A stretch of 64,000 nt of DNA, from positions 7,182 through 71,181 of the forward strand of contig PWJQ01000035.1 of NCBI GenBank assembly GCA_003560875.1, written 5' to 3'. The translations under genes were made by a program, and so were the position numbers. The stretch is from Methanomassiliicoccaceae archaeon. Lineage in GTDB: Archaea > Thermoplasmatota > Thermoplasmata > Methanomassiliicoccales > Methanomethylophilaceae. This document shows positions 43,021 through 52,302 of this stretch, piece by piece (position 1 is the stretch's first letter; the number at the start of each line of letters is the position of its first letter). The notes beneath the pieces are model-generated. The model saw only the letters and a program-made list of their open reading frames with translations. It made no database searches and was not told the origin of the DNA.

Positions 43021-46000
43021 GTGCTCCCCTCCGCTTCCTTCAAGGTGCTCGTTATCTCGCTCAGTTTGGGCTGCATTATGACCTTGCTTATCCCGTTCGG
43101 TTGCCGGGTCACGCCCATCAGGTGGTCGGCCTTGCCCAAGGTGACCTTGCGCAAGGATATCTGCACGAACTGCGCCTTGGTGCAGCTCTGTTTGACCCTC
43201 CTCGCCACCATCTCGGCATTCACCGAGTCCAGGAACATGTCCACCTCGTCCAGGAGGTAGAATGGCGAGGGCTGGTGCTCCTGCAGGGCGAAGATGAACG
43301 CCAAGGCGGTGAGGCTCTTCTCCCCGCCGCTCAGAGCCTCTAAGCGAAGCAGCTTGCCGTTCTTGGGTTTGGCGTTGATCAGCAGCCCGCCCTGGAACGG
43401 GTCGTCGGGATGCTCCAATGAAAGGTAGGCCTCCCCTCCTCCGGAGAGGTCGGCGTACACGGAACGGAAATTCTCGTCCACGGCCTTGAACACCAGGTCG
43501 AAGACCGTCTTCTTCTCTTTGTTGAGGCCGTCCATGAGGACGAGGAGTTCTTCGCGCTGAGTCTCGAGCCTCTGCACCTCCTCCATCATGCGGTCGTGGC
43601 GGTCCTTCTTCTCCTCGTAGTCCTCGATGGCGCGCAGGTTGACGTTCCCCATGGCCTCCATTTCCGCCTCCGCCTTGCGTATGCGGGAACGGATGGCATC
43701 CAGGGACGGCAGGGGCTGCTGCACCGCCCTGACCTCCTCCGCCTCGGCACGCAACTGCTCCAGGCGCTGCTCGGCCTGTGCGAGTCTGACCCTCAGGCCG
43801 TTCTGGAAATCCTCCTTGGTGTCGATCTTGTCCTTCAATCCCTCCGCCTCGGAGTTGCGGGCGACCATCTTGCGGTAGGCGTCGTCCCTCTTGTCACGGA
43901 GTTCCTTGACCTCCTCCTCCATGGTCTGCATCATGGACTTGACCGCCGCCATCTCCGTCCTTATGGCGGTCTCCTCGCTACGGGCACTGTCCCTGACCGA
44001 CTCCAGCTCCTTGAGGCTGGCCTCCAAGGTTTCGACATCATCATCATTCTTGGATAGGGAGGAATCCGTGTTATCCAGTGTAGCGTCAGCGGCCATGACC
44101 CTGCCCTCTATAGCGCTGAGGGCGCGGTCCGCGTTCAAGAGGGAGTCCTGCAGCCCGGAGAGCCGGCGCTGCACATCCTCGGGCGCCATCTCCAATAGCT
44201 TGGCCTTCATGGCTTGCAGGGACTCCCGCGTGTCAGCGAGCTCCTTGGAGCAGGCGGCGAGTTCGGAATCCTTGGCTTTGAGAACCTGGTCCTTGGCGAG
44301 GTGGTCGGCTTTGTTGGCGTCCAAGGATTCCTTGAGGACGTCACGGCGTCCACGGGCCTCATCCCTCTTCCTTTGCAGACGCTGCATCGAATCGTTGAAG
44401 TCGCGGTCACTGCTGCTGGCCTTGCGGAGCTCCTCCTCCGCGGACCTCATGGACCCCCGCACCCCTCCCAGCTCATTTACCAGATTCTCCATGGCCCCGG
44501 TGGCTATGCGCAGCTCCTCGGCGACGGCCTCCAGCCTGCCCGCCGATGCGGAGCCGAATCTCATGCCTTGCTTGCCCATGCTGCCACCGACCATGGCCCC
44601 GGCGGCCTCTATGACCTCCCCGTCCAATGTGACCAGCCGTACGCCGCCCATCAGCTGCCGCGCCGAGGGTAGGTCCTCGGTGACCACGGTGTCGCTGAGG
44701 ACGTGCCAGAACGCCGCCCGGTAGGCGGGGTCGAAACGTACGAGGTCTATGGCGTATCCCAAGGAGCGTTCGGCGGCCATTATGGCCTTGGCCCTCGGCC
44801 TCCCTTCCTGCATCTTGCTCAGTGGCAGGAAAGTCGCCCGGCCCGCCTTGGTCCTCTTCAGCATGTCGATGGTTTGAGAGGCCACAGCGTCGTCGTCCAC
44901 GATGATCGCCTGCATGCGTCCCCCGGCGGCGACCGACAGGGCGGTCTCGTACTCCTCATCGACCTCCGCCAGTTCGGCGATGGTCCCGTGTATGCCCTTG
45001 ATCGTGCCGCGGTCCCGGGCCTCGAGCACCGACACCACCGCACGGTTGTATCCTTTCTGGAGGTTCTCAGCGGCCTCCTTCTCCGCCTTCAGTGAAACGT
45101 AGTCCCGCTCCAGGCGGTGCAGCGCCTGCCGCAGGTCCCTCTCCTCCTCGCTGAGGCGGGTCTCCTCGGCCTTCAGTGTCCGCAGGCGTTCGCTCACCTC
45201 CTTGAGCCGATCCGCCGCTTCGCCCTCGTTCTTCTTGATCTCCCTCATCTGCCATTCGGCGTCCTGAGTCTCGAACTTGGCCGTCTCGAGGTCCTCCTCC
45301 AGGCGTGACCTCTCGCGTTCCAGGGCGTCCATCTCGGTGACGATGCCGCCCCTCTCGATGCTGAGACGGTGCTCCTTGTCCCGCAACGTCTCGACGTTCT
45401 CCTCGGCGACGGCGATATCCTCCTGTAACTGGGAGAGCTCCCCGCCCCGGGACTCTATCTCCTCGCGCAGTCCTTCGAGTCTCGCTTGGACCGAGTCCCT
45501 CTCCTTGGCGGCGGCATCCCTCTCGTTGCGGATGGAGGTCAGGGCGGCTTCAGCGTCCGCCCTCTCGCCGCTGAGTCGGACCGCCTCCTCCCGGCAGGCC
45601 TGGAGTTCACCCTCCTCCTTGGTGATGTCGGAGTCCGCTCTCTCCGCCCGGTCCTTGCGCCGTGCCGCCTCGACCATGAGCTCGTCCCTTCTGTCCTTCA
45701 ACTGACGGTACTCATCACCGCCGCGGGCCTCGATCTCCGTCTCCCAACGCCCCTTCTCATCCTCGAATCCGCGGGCCTCCTCGAGGAGTGCCCTCCTCTC
45801 AGCGGCGAGGGAGGCTATCTCCTGGTCATAGGCCTCTATCTGGGACCGGGTGCCGTCCGCCTCGGCCTGCGCTAGTTCCAGGTTCTTGTAAATAAGCTCG
45901 GCCTTGGCGATGTCCAGACCCTCCTTGGCGTCCAGATAGCGGCGGGCCGCCCGCCTCTCCTCATCCAACTGCAGCAGCTGCGCTTCCAGCTCCTTCTTGA

Positions 46001-46595
46001 TTATCGATATGCGCTCCAGATTGTCGTCGGTCTGTCTCCGCTCCTCCTCCGCCTTGGATATGTCGGCGTCGAAACGGGAGATGCCGGAGATGCCGTCCAA
46101 CACCCTCCTGCGCTCCAGGTTCCCCATCTCCACGATGCGGGTGACGTCCCCCTGCTGCACCAGGTTGTAACCCTCCGCGGATATGCGGGCGCTGGACAGC
46201 AGGTCATCGAACTCGCTCAGAGAGGAACGGTGGTCGTTGACGTAGAAATATGAGTTGTAGCCCTCCCCGCTGGATGACATCTTCACCAGGCGGGTCAGTC
46301 TGACGGTGTCGGCGTCCCAGGGGATGATGCGGTCGCTATTGTCGAAGACCAGGGACACCTTGGTGAAATCGGATGATTTGCGGCCCTTGCCGCCATCGAA
46401 TATCAGGTCGCTGAGCTTCCCCGCCCTTATGGCCTTGGAGCTCTTGGGACCGAGCACGAACAGTATTGCATCTGAGATGTTCGATTTTCCGGAGCCGTTG
46501 GGCCCGGTTATCGCCAGATAACCTTCCAGCAAAGGAATGTTCAGCTTCCCGCCGAAGGACTTGAAGTTCTCCAGCTCTATCTGCTTGAGGTACAC
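43017..46595 (-). CDS. smc: Chromosome segregation protein SMC
   Basis: 1192 aa. Walker A GPNGSGKSN, long coiled coils flanking a hinge (GTIAELAEVDEEYETALSVAAGG), signature LSGGEKSLTALAF, Walker B FYLLDEVD. GTG start with GGGGGTG upstream. Confidence 0.95.
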   Translation of the reverse strand: MYLKQIELENFKSFGGKLNIPLLEGYLAITGPNGSGKSNISDAILFVLGPKSSKAIRAGKLSDLIFDGGKGRKSSDFTKVSLVFDNSDRIIPWDADTVRLTRLVKMSSSGEGYNSYFYVNDHRSSLSEFDDLLSSARISAEGYNLVQQGDVTRIVEMGNLERRRVLDGISGISRFDADISKAEEERRQTDDNLERISIIKKELEAQLLQLDEERRAARRYLDAKEGLDIAKAELIYKNLELAQAEADGTRSQIEAYDQEIASLAAERRALLEEARGFEDEKGRWETEIEARGGDEYRQLKDRRDELMVEAARRKDRAERADSDITKEEGELQACREEAVRLSGERADAEAALTSIRNERDAAAKERDSVQARLEGLREEIESRGGELSQLQEDIAVAEENVETLRDKEHRLSIERGGIVTEMDALERERSRLEEDLETAKFETQDAEWQMREIKKNEGEAADRLKEVSERLRTLKAEETRLSEEERDLRQALHRLERDYVSLKAEKEAAENLQKGYNRAVVSVLEARDRGTIKGIHGTIAELAEVDEEYETALSVAAGGRMQAIIVDDDAVASQTIDMLKRTKAGRATFLPLSKMQEGRPRAKAIMAAERSLGYAIDLVRFDPAYRAAFWHVLSDTVVTEDLPSARQLMGGVRLVTLDGEVIEAAGAMVGGSMGKQGMRFGSASAGRLEAVAEELRIATGAMENLVNELGGVRGSMRSAEEELRKASSSDRDFNDSMQRLQRKRDEARGRRDVLKESLDANKADHLAKDQVLKAKDSELAACSKELADTRESLQAMKAKLLEMAPEDVQRRLSGLQDSLLNADRALSAIEGRVMAADATLDNTDSSLSKNDDDVETLEASLKELESVRDSARSEETAIRTEMAAVKSMMQTMEEEVKELRDKRDDAYRKMVARNSEAEGLKDKIDTKEDFQNGLRVRLAQAEQRLEQLRAEAEEVRAVQQPLPSLDAIRSRIRKAEAEMEAMGNVNLRAIEDYEEKKDRHDRMMEEVQRLETQREELLVLMDGLNKEKKTVFDLVFKAVDENFRSVYADLSGGGEAYLSLEHPDDPFQGGLLINAKPKNGKLLRLEALSGGEKSLTALAFIFALQEHQPSPFYLLDEVDMFLDSVNAEMVARRVKQSCTKAQFVQISLRKVTLGKADHLMGVTRQPNGISKVIMQPKLSEITSTLKEAEGST

Positions 46596-46728
46596 CTTTT
46601 ACACCCCCTGCGGGGCGAGAGGCGGGCCCTGTGCGGGGGCCCTATATCGCATCCCATCGAGAACAGGCCAGACCTGTCCAGGTTTATAAGAGGTTTAGTT
46701 CGTATATAAATGTTATCGGTACCTCCAG

Positions 46729-47499
46729 CTACCTGAATAGGTCAGCGACGCTGCCGGCGACGACGTCGACCTCCATGCCTGATGCCTGCAAGGACTCCCT
46801 GTCCGCCTCACCGCTGAGGACCAGGACGGAGGTCATGCCGTTATCCACCGCCATCCTCATGTCCGTGTACAAGCGGTCCCCAACCATCGCCAGTTCATCC
46901 ACGGGGACGTTGAGATGCAGGGATGCCATCTCCACCATGGCGCTGTTCGGCTTCCCTATCACCAATGCCCTGCTCCCGGTGAGCTCCTCGAACATCCGTA
47001 TGAATGGGCCGACGTCCACATCGTAACCGTCCTCCGTAGGGCACAGGTCATCAGGATGGGTGGCGATGAGCTCTGCCCCCTGCAGGAGGAGATGGTAGGC
47101 GTGGTTGATCTTGCCGTAGGTGATGGTGCGGTCGAATGCCAGCAGTACGATGGGTGCGGCATCGGACAGTTCGATGCCCGCCTCCTTCAACTCCTCCGTG
47201 AACTGCGGCGTCCCCAGCGGATAGACGGCCTTTCCGGGGCGGTGGGCCTGGAGATGCAGTATGGTGGCGGTGGTGGATGTCAGTATGTTGTCGATGCCTA
47301 TGTCGAAGCCCATGTCGGTGAGCTTGCGCAGGTAATGGGAGCGGCTGGAAGAGGAGTTGTTGGTCAGCATCACGAACGGGATGTGCTCGCGTCCGAGGTG
47401 GGAGATGAACTCCTTGGCCCCGGGGATGGGTTCCATGCCCTTGTATACCGTGCCGTCCATGTCGATCAGGAACCCTTTAACCCCTTCGAGATGCCCCAT
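46729..47499 (-). CDS. HAD-superfamily subfamily IIA hydrolase (NagD-like sugar phosphatase)
   Basis: FLIDMDGTVY (motif I DxDGT), LTNNSS, GKP and MVGDRLYTDM motifs. Confidence 0.8.
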   Translation of the reverse strand: MGHLEGVKGFLIDMDGTVYKGMEPIPGAKEFISHLGREHIPFVMLTNNSSSSRSHYLRKLTDMGFDIGIDNILTSTTATILHLQAHRPGKAVYPLGTPQFTEELKEAGIELSDAAPIVLLAFDRTITYGKINHAYHLLLQGAELIATHPDDLCPTEDGYDVDVGPFIRMFEELTGSRALVIGKPNSAMVEMASLHLNVPVDELAMVGDRLYTDMRMAVDNGMTSVLVLSGEADRESLQASGMEVDVVAGSVADLFR

Positions 47500-47585
47500 A
47501 GGGGGAGAATGGTGGTCAAATTATTAATCGATGATATGTAGTTGCGAATCACGGACCGTCAGGTATTCGATTGGAGTGTTGTTGC

Positions 47586-49118
47586 ATGACAAATGGGGAG
47601 AACGCCGGCGTTACAATGGGTCGTAAGTCCTTCCTCATCATGGCCTCCAACATACTGGCGGCGTTGATAGGCTTCGTGGCACTGACCACGATGACCCGTT
47701 ACGTCGGTGACGCCTACGGAAGCCTGATGTGGGCCATGGCGTTCGCCGCCACCTTCAACGCCATCTCCGACCTCGGCTTCTCCGCCGCCAACATCAAGAG
47801 GATATCGGAGGGCCAGGACGTCAACGACTGCTTCTCCACCTTCATCATCGTGAAGGTGGCGCTCACGGCATTGATGATGGCCGCCACCATCGGTTTCTTC
47901 CTGGTGTACATCTTCGTGCTGGGGAACCAGATATACACTGCCAGCATCTACACCCTGTTGCTGTTCGTGCTCTACTGGGGCCTGTGCAACATGTCAGGCG
48001 TGTTCACCTCACTGTTCAAGGCCCGTAAGGAGATATCGAAGGCGGAGTCGGTACATCTCATCGACCCTCTGCTCAGAGCACCGGTGATTGTGATTTTCGC
48101 ATTGCAAGGAGCGTCCGCGACCTTTCTGGCATTGGCGTATGTGCTCGGTGCCATGGCCATGGTCCTGGTCGGGATACTGTTGCTACGGCGCAGCGGCATA
48201 CGTCTCGTCCGGCCGACCCTGTTCCGCAACTATCTGCGCTTCGCCCTCCCGCTTTCCGGTATCGTGTTCCTCAGCGCCCTGCTGGTGAACCTGGACATAC
48301 TGCTGCTCGGTTACTTCTGGAATGCCGCCCAGGTCGGTTATTTCGCCTCTTCATACAAGCTGCTGGAACTTGTGCTGACCTTCGGAATGGCCATGAACAC
48401 CCTGCTTTTCCCCAGCATCTCGGAATGGCACGCGGTGGGGAACATGGATAGGATACGTGAGATCAGTGGCGAGGCGCAACGCTTCATCTCCATGCTGGGG
48501 ATGCCCGTTGCCGTGTTCCTTTTCATATTCGCCTATCCGGTGGCGGGCATAGTGTTCGGTGACGGCTTCGTCGGTGCTGGCGGACCTCTTATGATCATGG
48601 CCTTCATGATGTACATAATGCTGGTCATGGGCGTGCAGGGTCAGGTCTTGATGGGGTGCAACCGTCCCGACCTGGCCGCCAAGACGAAGATAGTGATGCT
48701 GGTGTTGAGGGTGTTGCTGCTCATCGTGTTCATCCCCACCTCGTTCTTCGGTATACCGATGTTGGAAATGAAGGCCACCGGGGCGGCACTCGCGGGTTTG
48801 TTTTCAATAATAGCCTACGCGTTCATCGTGAACATGTTCACCCATCACATCGCCGGTGTAAGCATATACCGTGGTATCGGCCTGCACATCATGGCCGGAG
48901 GGATGACCGCACTGGCCATGACGTCCCTGGCGCAGATAGTGCCGATGACCGGTTTCCTGACCATGTTGTTCCTGGCGGCATTGACCATGGTCGTGTTCCT
49001 GACGATCATGTTCGTGCTCAAGGAGTTCCGCAGGGATGACATGGATATGATCATCAACGCTGTCGACCCCCGTAAGATGATCTCCTACATCCGCGGTGAG
49101 TTAGGCGAGCGCGAATGA
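47586..49118 (+). CDS. Polysaccharide/oligosaccharide flippase (MOP/Wzx-like), ~14 TM
   Basis: Highly hydrophobic ~510-aa protein with a MOP-flippase-like layout, adjacent to two GT2 genes. The start is ambiguous (TTG 47571, ATG 47586, ATG 47616). Confidence 0.65.
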   Translation: MTNGENAGVTMGRKSFLIMASNILAALIGFVALTTMTRYVGDAYGSLMWAMAFAATFNAISDLGFSAANIKRISEGQDVNDCFSTFIIVKVALTALMMAATIGFFLVYIFVLGNQIYTASIYTLLLFVLYWGLCNMSGVFTSLFKARKEISKAESVHLIDPLLRAPVIVIFALQGASATFLALAYVLGAMAMVLVGILLLRRSGIRLVRPTLFRNYLRFALPLSGIVFLSALLVNLDILLLGYFWNAAQVGYFASSYKLLELVLTFGMAMNTLLFPSISEWHAVGNMDRIREISGEAQRFISMLGMPVAVFLFIFAYPVAGIVFGDGFVGAGGPLMIMAFMMYIMLVMGVQGQVLMGCNRPDLAAKTKIVMLVLRVLLLIVFIPTSFFGIPMLEMKATGAALAGLFSIIAYAFIVNMFTHHIAGVSIYRGIGLHIMAGGMTALAMTSLAQIVPMTGFLTMLFLAALTMVVFLTIMFVLKEFRRDDMDMIINAVDPRKMISYIRGELGERE

Positions 49119-49159
49119 CCTTGGTATATGATTTATAAAAAAACGGAGATTGGAGGGCG

Positions 49160-49957
49160 ATGTTGGTATCCGTCGTCCTCAAAGTCCGCAACGAGGAGCA
49201 TTGCATCAGCGATGCCTTGGATTCGCTGGTTGTACAGGAAGGACCGTTGGAGATAATCATCGTCGATGGCTCCAGCACCGACCGTACCCGCGAGATCGTC
49301 AAAGGGTATCAGCAGATCTTCGATTTCATCCATCTCTACAAGGCGGGAAGGAACCGCGCTGAGAGTCTCAACCACGGACTGGAGAGGGCGAAGGGAGACA
49401 TCATCGCCCTGACCGACGGGGATTGCATCGCCAACCCCTACTGGTTGAAGGAGATGCGCCGCTCCATCGTTGAGGACGGTCATGACCTGGTCGCCGGCCG
49501 CAGCATATCCCTCGGCCTTCGGGCCTGGGAAGAGTTGGCCCGTGTGGAACTCTATAACCAGGGTTTCGACTGCAGCTGGCCGGGCTGCAACATAGCCTAC
49601 CGTCGCGAGGTCTACGAGAAGGTGGGTGATGTCGACCCGTGGTTCATCACCGCCGAGGACATCGACTACAACATCCGTGCCACGGATGCCGGTTTCACAC
49701 TGCACCACAACCACAACGCCATCATATACAACCGTACGCGCAACACGGTCTACGGTTTCATCAATCAGGCCTTCTGGAACGGCGCCGGCCGTAAACAACT
49801 GAACATCAAGTACGAAGGCCGGTTATGGAAGAAGTACAACCCCATCAACATGCTCACGGAGAGGAAGATGACCTTCTGGTACATGGTGAGGATCGGCTTC
49901 GCCGGTATGGGTTACATCGGCTACAAGTACTTCGGCGCCAAGAAATCGATTCAGTAA
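49160..49957 (+). CDS. Family 2 glycosyltransferase
   Basis: VSVVLKVRNEE, IIIVDGSSTD and LTDGDC (DxD) GT-A signature. Confidence 0.8.
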   Translation: MLVSVVLKVRNEEHCISDALDSLVVQEGPLEIIIVDGSSTDRTREIVKGYQQIFDFIHLYKAGRNRAESLNHGLERAKGDIIALTDGDCIANPYWLKEMRRSIVEDGHDLVAGRSISLGLRAWEELARVELYNQGFDCSWPGCNIAYRREVYEKVGDVDPWFITAEDIDYNIRATDAGFTLHHNHNAIIYNRTRNTVYGFINQAFWNGAGRKQLNIKYEGRLWKKYNPINMLTERKMTFWYMVRIGFAGMGYIGYKYFGAKKSIQ

Positions 49958-49999
49958 CTGTTAACTAATCCCAGCGGCATTGCCGGCCGAGGATTTTCT

Positions 50000-50683
50000 G
50001 TGAAAGTGTCAGTGATCATACCGACCATGAACGAGGCCGAGTCCATAGGAGAGGTCCTGGATCAGATCGGTGCGGCGTTCTCCGACAGTGAACTCGACTA
50101 CGAGGCGATGATTGTGGACACCTCGTCCACCGACGGTACCCAGGAGATTGCCAGGTCCAAGGGCGCTCGCGTCGTCGAAGAACCGAGGAGAGGGTACGGC
50201 GTGGCCTACAAGACCGGATTCGCCGCCGCTGACGGCGACATATACGCCACTCTCGATGCTGACTGCACCTATCCGGCGGAGATCATCCCCGAACTGTGCA
50301 GGAGGTTGATCGATGAGGACCTGGAGTTCATAACAACCAACCGTTTCGGGAACCTTGAGGAGGGCGCCATGAGCCTTATGCACCGCTTCGGCAACTGGGT
50401 CCTGACCTGCACCACCAACCTTCTCTTCCGCATCAGGATCAAGGACTCGCAGAGCGGGATGTGGGTGTTCCGTCCGGAGGTCCTGGAACGCTTCGAACTG
50501 CACTCCGACGGCATGCCTTTGTCGGAGGAGATAAAGATCGAGGCCATGCGCAAATCACGTGCGATCGAGATACCGGTCAGCTACCGCCGCCGGGTGGGAG
50601 AGGTGAAACTCTCATCCTGGAAGGACGGCGGCGAGGATTTCTTCTACCTCTGGCGCAAAAGGTTCCTCAGACCAAAGGCCTGA
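50000..50683 (+). CDS. Family 2 glycosyltransferase, dolichyl-phosphate glycosyltransferase-like
   Basis: VSVIIPTMNEAESI, MIVDTSSTDGT, LDADCTYP and KDSQSGMWVF resemble DPM1/AglJ-type enzymes. Confidence 0.78.
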   Translation: MKVSVIIPTMNEAESIGEVLDQIGAAFSDSELDYEAMIVDTSSTDGTQEIARSKGARVVEEPRRGYGVAYKTGFAAADGDIYATLDADCTYPAEIIPELCRRLIDEDLEFITTNRFGNLEEGAMSLMHRFGNWVLTCTTNLLFRIRIKDSQSGMWVFRPEVLERFELHSDGMPLSEEIKIEAMRKSRAIEIPVSYRRRVGEVKLSSWKDGGEDFFYLWRKRFLRPKA

Positions 50684-51197
50684 TAGTCCGTATGGTCTCG
50701 CGGAGGCCTTCCCGGGCCTCCTTGCGGTAGATGCAGGCGGCGGGATGGTAGGTGGGTATGAGTAATATCTCCCGGCCTCCGACATCGAGGGACATCCGCT
50801 TGTTGGCCATCTCCTTCATCGGCGATGTCAGGCCGGCGAGGGAACGGCATGCTGAGCGTCCCAAGGCCACCACCGCCTCGCAATCCTGAAGTTCGGCCAG
50901 AAGGAATGGTCGGCAGGCGTCCATCTCCTCCTGTATCGGGTCACGGTTCCCCGGCGGCCGGCACTTCACGGTGTTCGTTATACGTATCGATTCTCTCTCG
51001 ACCCCTTCCTCGAGAAGCATTCTATCGAGTAGTTTCCCCGACCGGCCGACGAAGGGCGTGCCGCTGAGGTCCTCCTTCTCCCCGGGGGCCTCGCCCACGA
51101 AACAAACTTTGGACGAGGGGTCGCCGCAGGGGAGGACCATAATGGTCCGCCCGGAATGGAGACCGCAGAGCATGCAGTCCTTGTCGGGTCGCATCAC
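50667..51197 (-). CDS. udg: Uracil-DNA glycosylase, family 4
   Basis: C-x2-C near the N-terminus, GEAPGEKEDLSGTPFVGRSG (motif A) and TYHPAA (motif B). Confidence 0.85.
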   Translation of the reverse strand: MMRPDKDCMLCGLHSGRTIMVLPCGDPSSKVCFVGEAPGEKEDLSGTPFVGRSGKLLDRMLLEEGVERESIRITNTVKCRPPGNRDPIQEEMDACRPFLLAELQDCEAVVALGRSACRSLAGLTSPMKEMANKRMSLDVGGREILLIPTYHPAACIYRKEAREGLRETIRTIRPLV

Positions 51198-51715
51198 TTC
51201 TGCAGGAGGCGGCTGGCGGTCAGGAGCGCCTCCAGCCTCAGGCCCTCGGCGGCCAGGGCCTCCCTGCCGCCCGCCTCGCGGTCTATCACCGTGATGACGG
51301 TGTCCACCACCGCCCCGTGCTCACGCAGCTGCCTGACGGCACCGATGACCGAACCGGCGGATGTGATCACGTCCTCAACGACCAGGACTCGCATGCCCTC
51401 TTCGAGGTCCCCCTCCACCGTGGACCCGGTGCCATGGCCCTTCCTCTCCTTGCGCACCATCAGCAAGGGTATGCCGGTGCGCAGGGACAGGGCGGTGGCC
51501 AACGGTATCGACCCGAGTACGACGCCGGCCACACGGTCGGGTCTCTTCCCGGAATCCAGCACGGATGCCATCTCGTCAGCGATTACAGAAAGTACGTCCG
51601 GACGGGTGCTGGCCTTCTTTATGTCAACGTAATAATCACTCTTCTCGCCGGAGGCGAGGGTGAACTCCCCGAAACGCAGGGCGCCGCAGTTCCTCAAAGC
51701 ATTCTCCAGTTTCAT
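51194..51715 (-). CDS. pyrE: Orotate phosphoribosyltransferase
   Basis: GALRFGEFTLASGEKSDYYVD and the PRPP loop VLVVEDVITSAGS. ATGA overlap with the downstream udg start. Confidence 0.9.
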   Translation of the reverse strand: MKLENALRNCGALRFGEFTLASGEKSDYYVDIKKASTRPDVLSVIADEMASVLDSGKRPDRVAGVVLGSIPLATALSLRTGIPLLMVRKERKGHGTGSTVEGDLEEGMRVLVVEDVITSAGSVIGAVRQLREHGAVVDTVITVIDREAGGREALAAEGLRLEALLTASRLLQK

Positions 51716-51719
51716 GATC

Positions 51720-52292
51720 TCACCACGGTACGTCCTTCTTGCCCATACGGTAGCCGAGGATGTTCATGCCCCGATGGAGCAAGGGGGTTGCGATCAGAAG
51801 GGCGATGAGCGCCAATATGCTCCAGCCCTCGATGTATGATGTGTAGAACCACGACGGATAGAAGATGACGGCGAGGAGGAATGCACCGATGAGGAAGTCG
51901 TACTGATCCAGCACCGGCATCTTCGCCCCGCGGGGGACGTTCAGTCTCCGCTTGAGGAAGGAACCGAGCATGTCGCCCAGCAGAGATCCCACCGCCAATA
52001 CAACTATCACACCCAGCGCCTGCGCGGTGGGCCCGTAGCCACCGTTGTCCGCCCATCCCGCCAGGGACGATATGCCCAGTAGAACGAGTCCCAACAGTAT
52101 GCCGGCCCCGGCACCGCCGATGAACCCTCTCCAGGTCTTGCCGTCCCCGAGCAGGCGTCTTCCCTTCCAACTCCTCCCGAAATCCACCGGCGTCCCGCCG
52201 CCGGTCAGGACCGCGGCGGAGTTGGGCAGCAGGGCAGGTAATGCAAGCCAGAATCCACTGGCGGCTATGATGGCGGCCTCGGCCAATTCCAT
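51720..52292 (-). CDS. carS: CDP-archaeol synthase
   Basis: LPALLPNSAAVLTGGGTPVDFG...DGKTWRGFIGG and PVLDQYDF match the CarS (DUF46) pattern. ATG 52292 (MELAEAAI) is chosen so the gene does not overlap the XPD stop. The track ORF extends to 52355. Confidence 0.82.
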   Translation of the reverse strand: MELAEAAIIAASGFWLALPALLPNSAAVLTGGGTPVDFGRSWKGRRLLGDGKTWRGFIGGAGAGILLGLVLLGISSLAGWADNGGYGPTAQALGVIVVLAVGSLLGDMLGSFLKRRLNVPRGAKMPVLDQYDFLIGAFLLAVIFYPSWFYTSYIEGWSILALIALLIATPLLHRGMNILGYRMGKKDVPW

Positions 52293-52302
52293 GGCCAGGG
52301 CA

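Noticed and set aside
46596-46700. GC-rich inverted repeats (GAACAGGCCAGACCTGTCC; CCCCCTGCGGGG; GGGCCC...GGGGGCCC) in the ~100-nt region between a TATA-like box and the smc GTG start.
   Set aside because: This is plausibly a structured 5' UTR. I cannot derive a convincing single fold or known RNA family by eye, and no covariation data are available.
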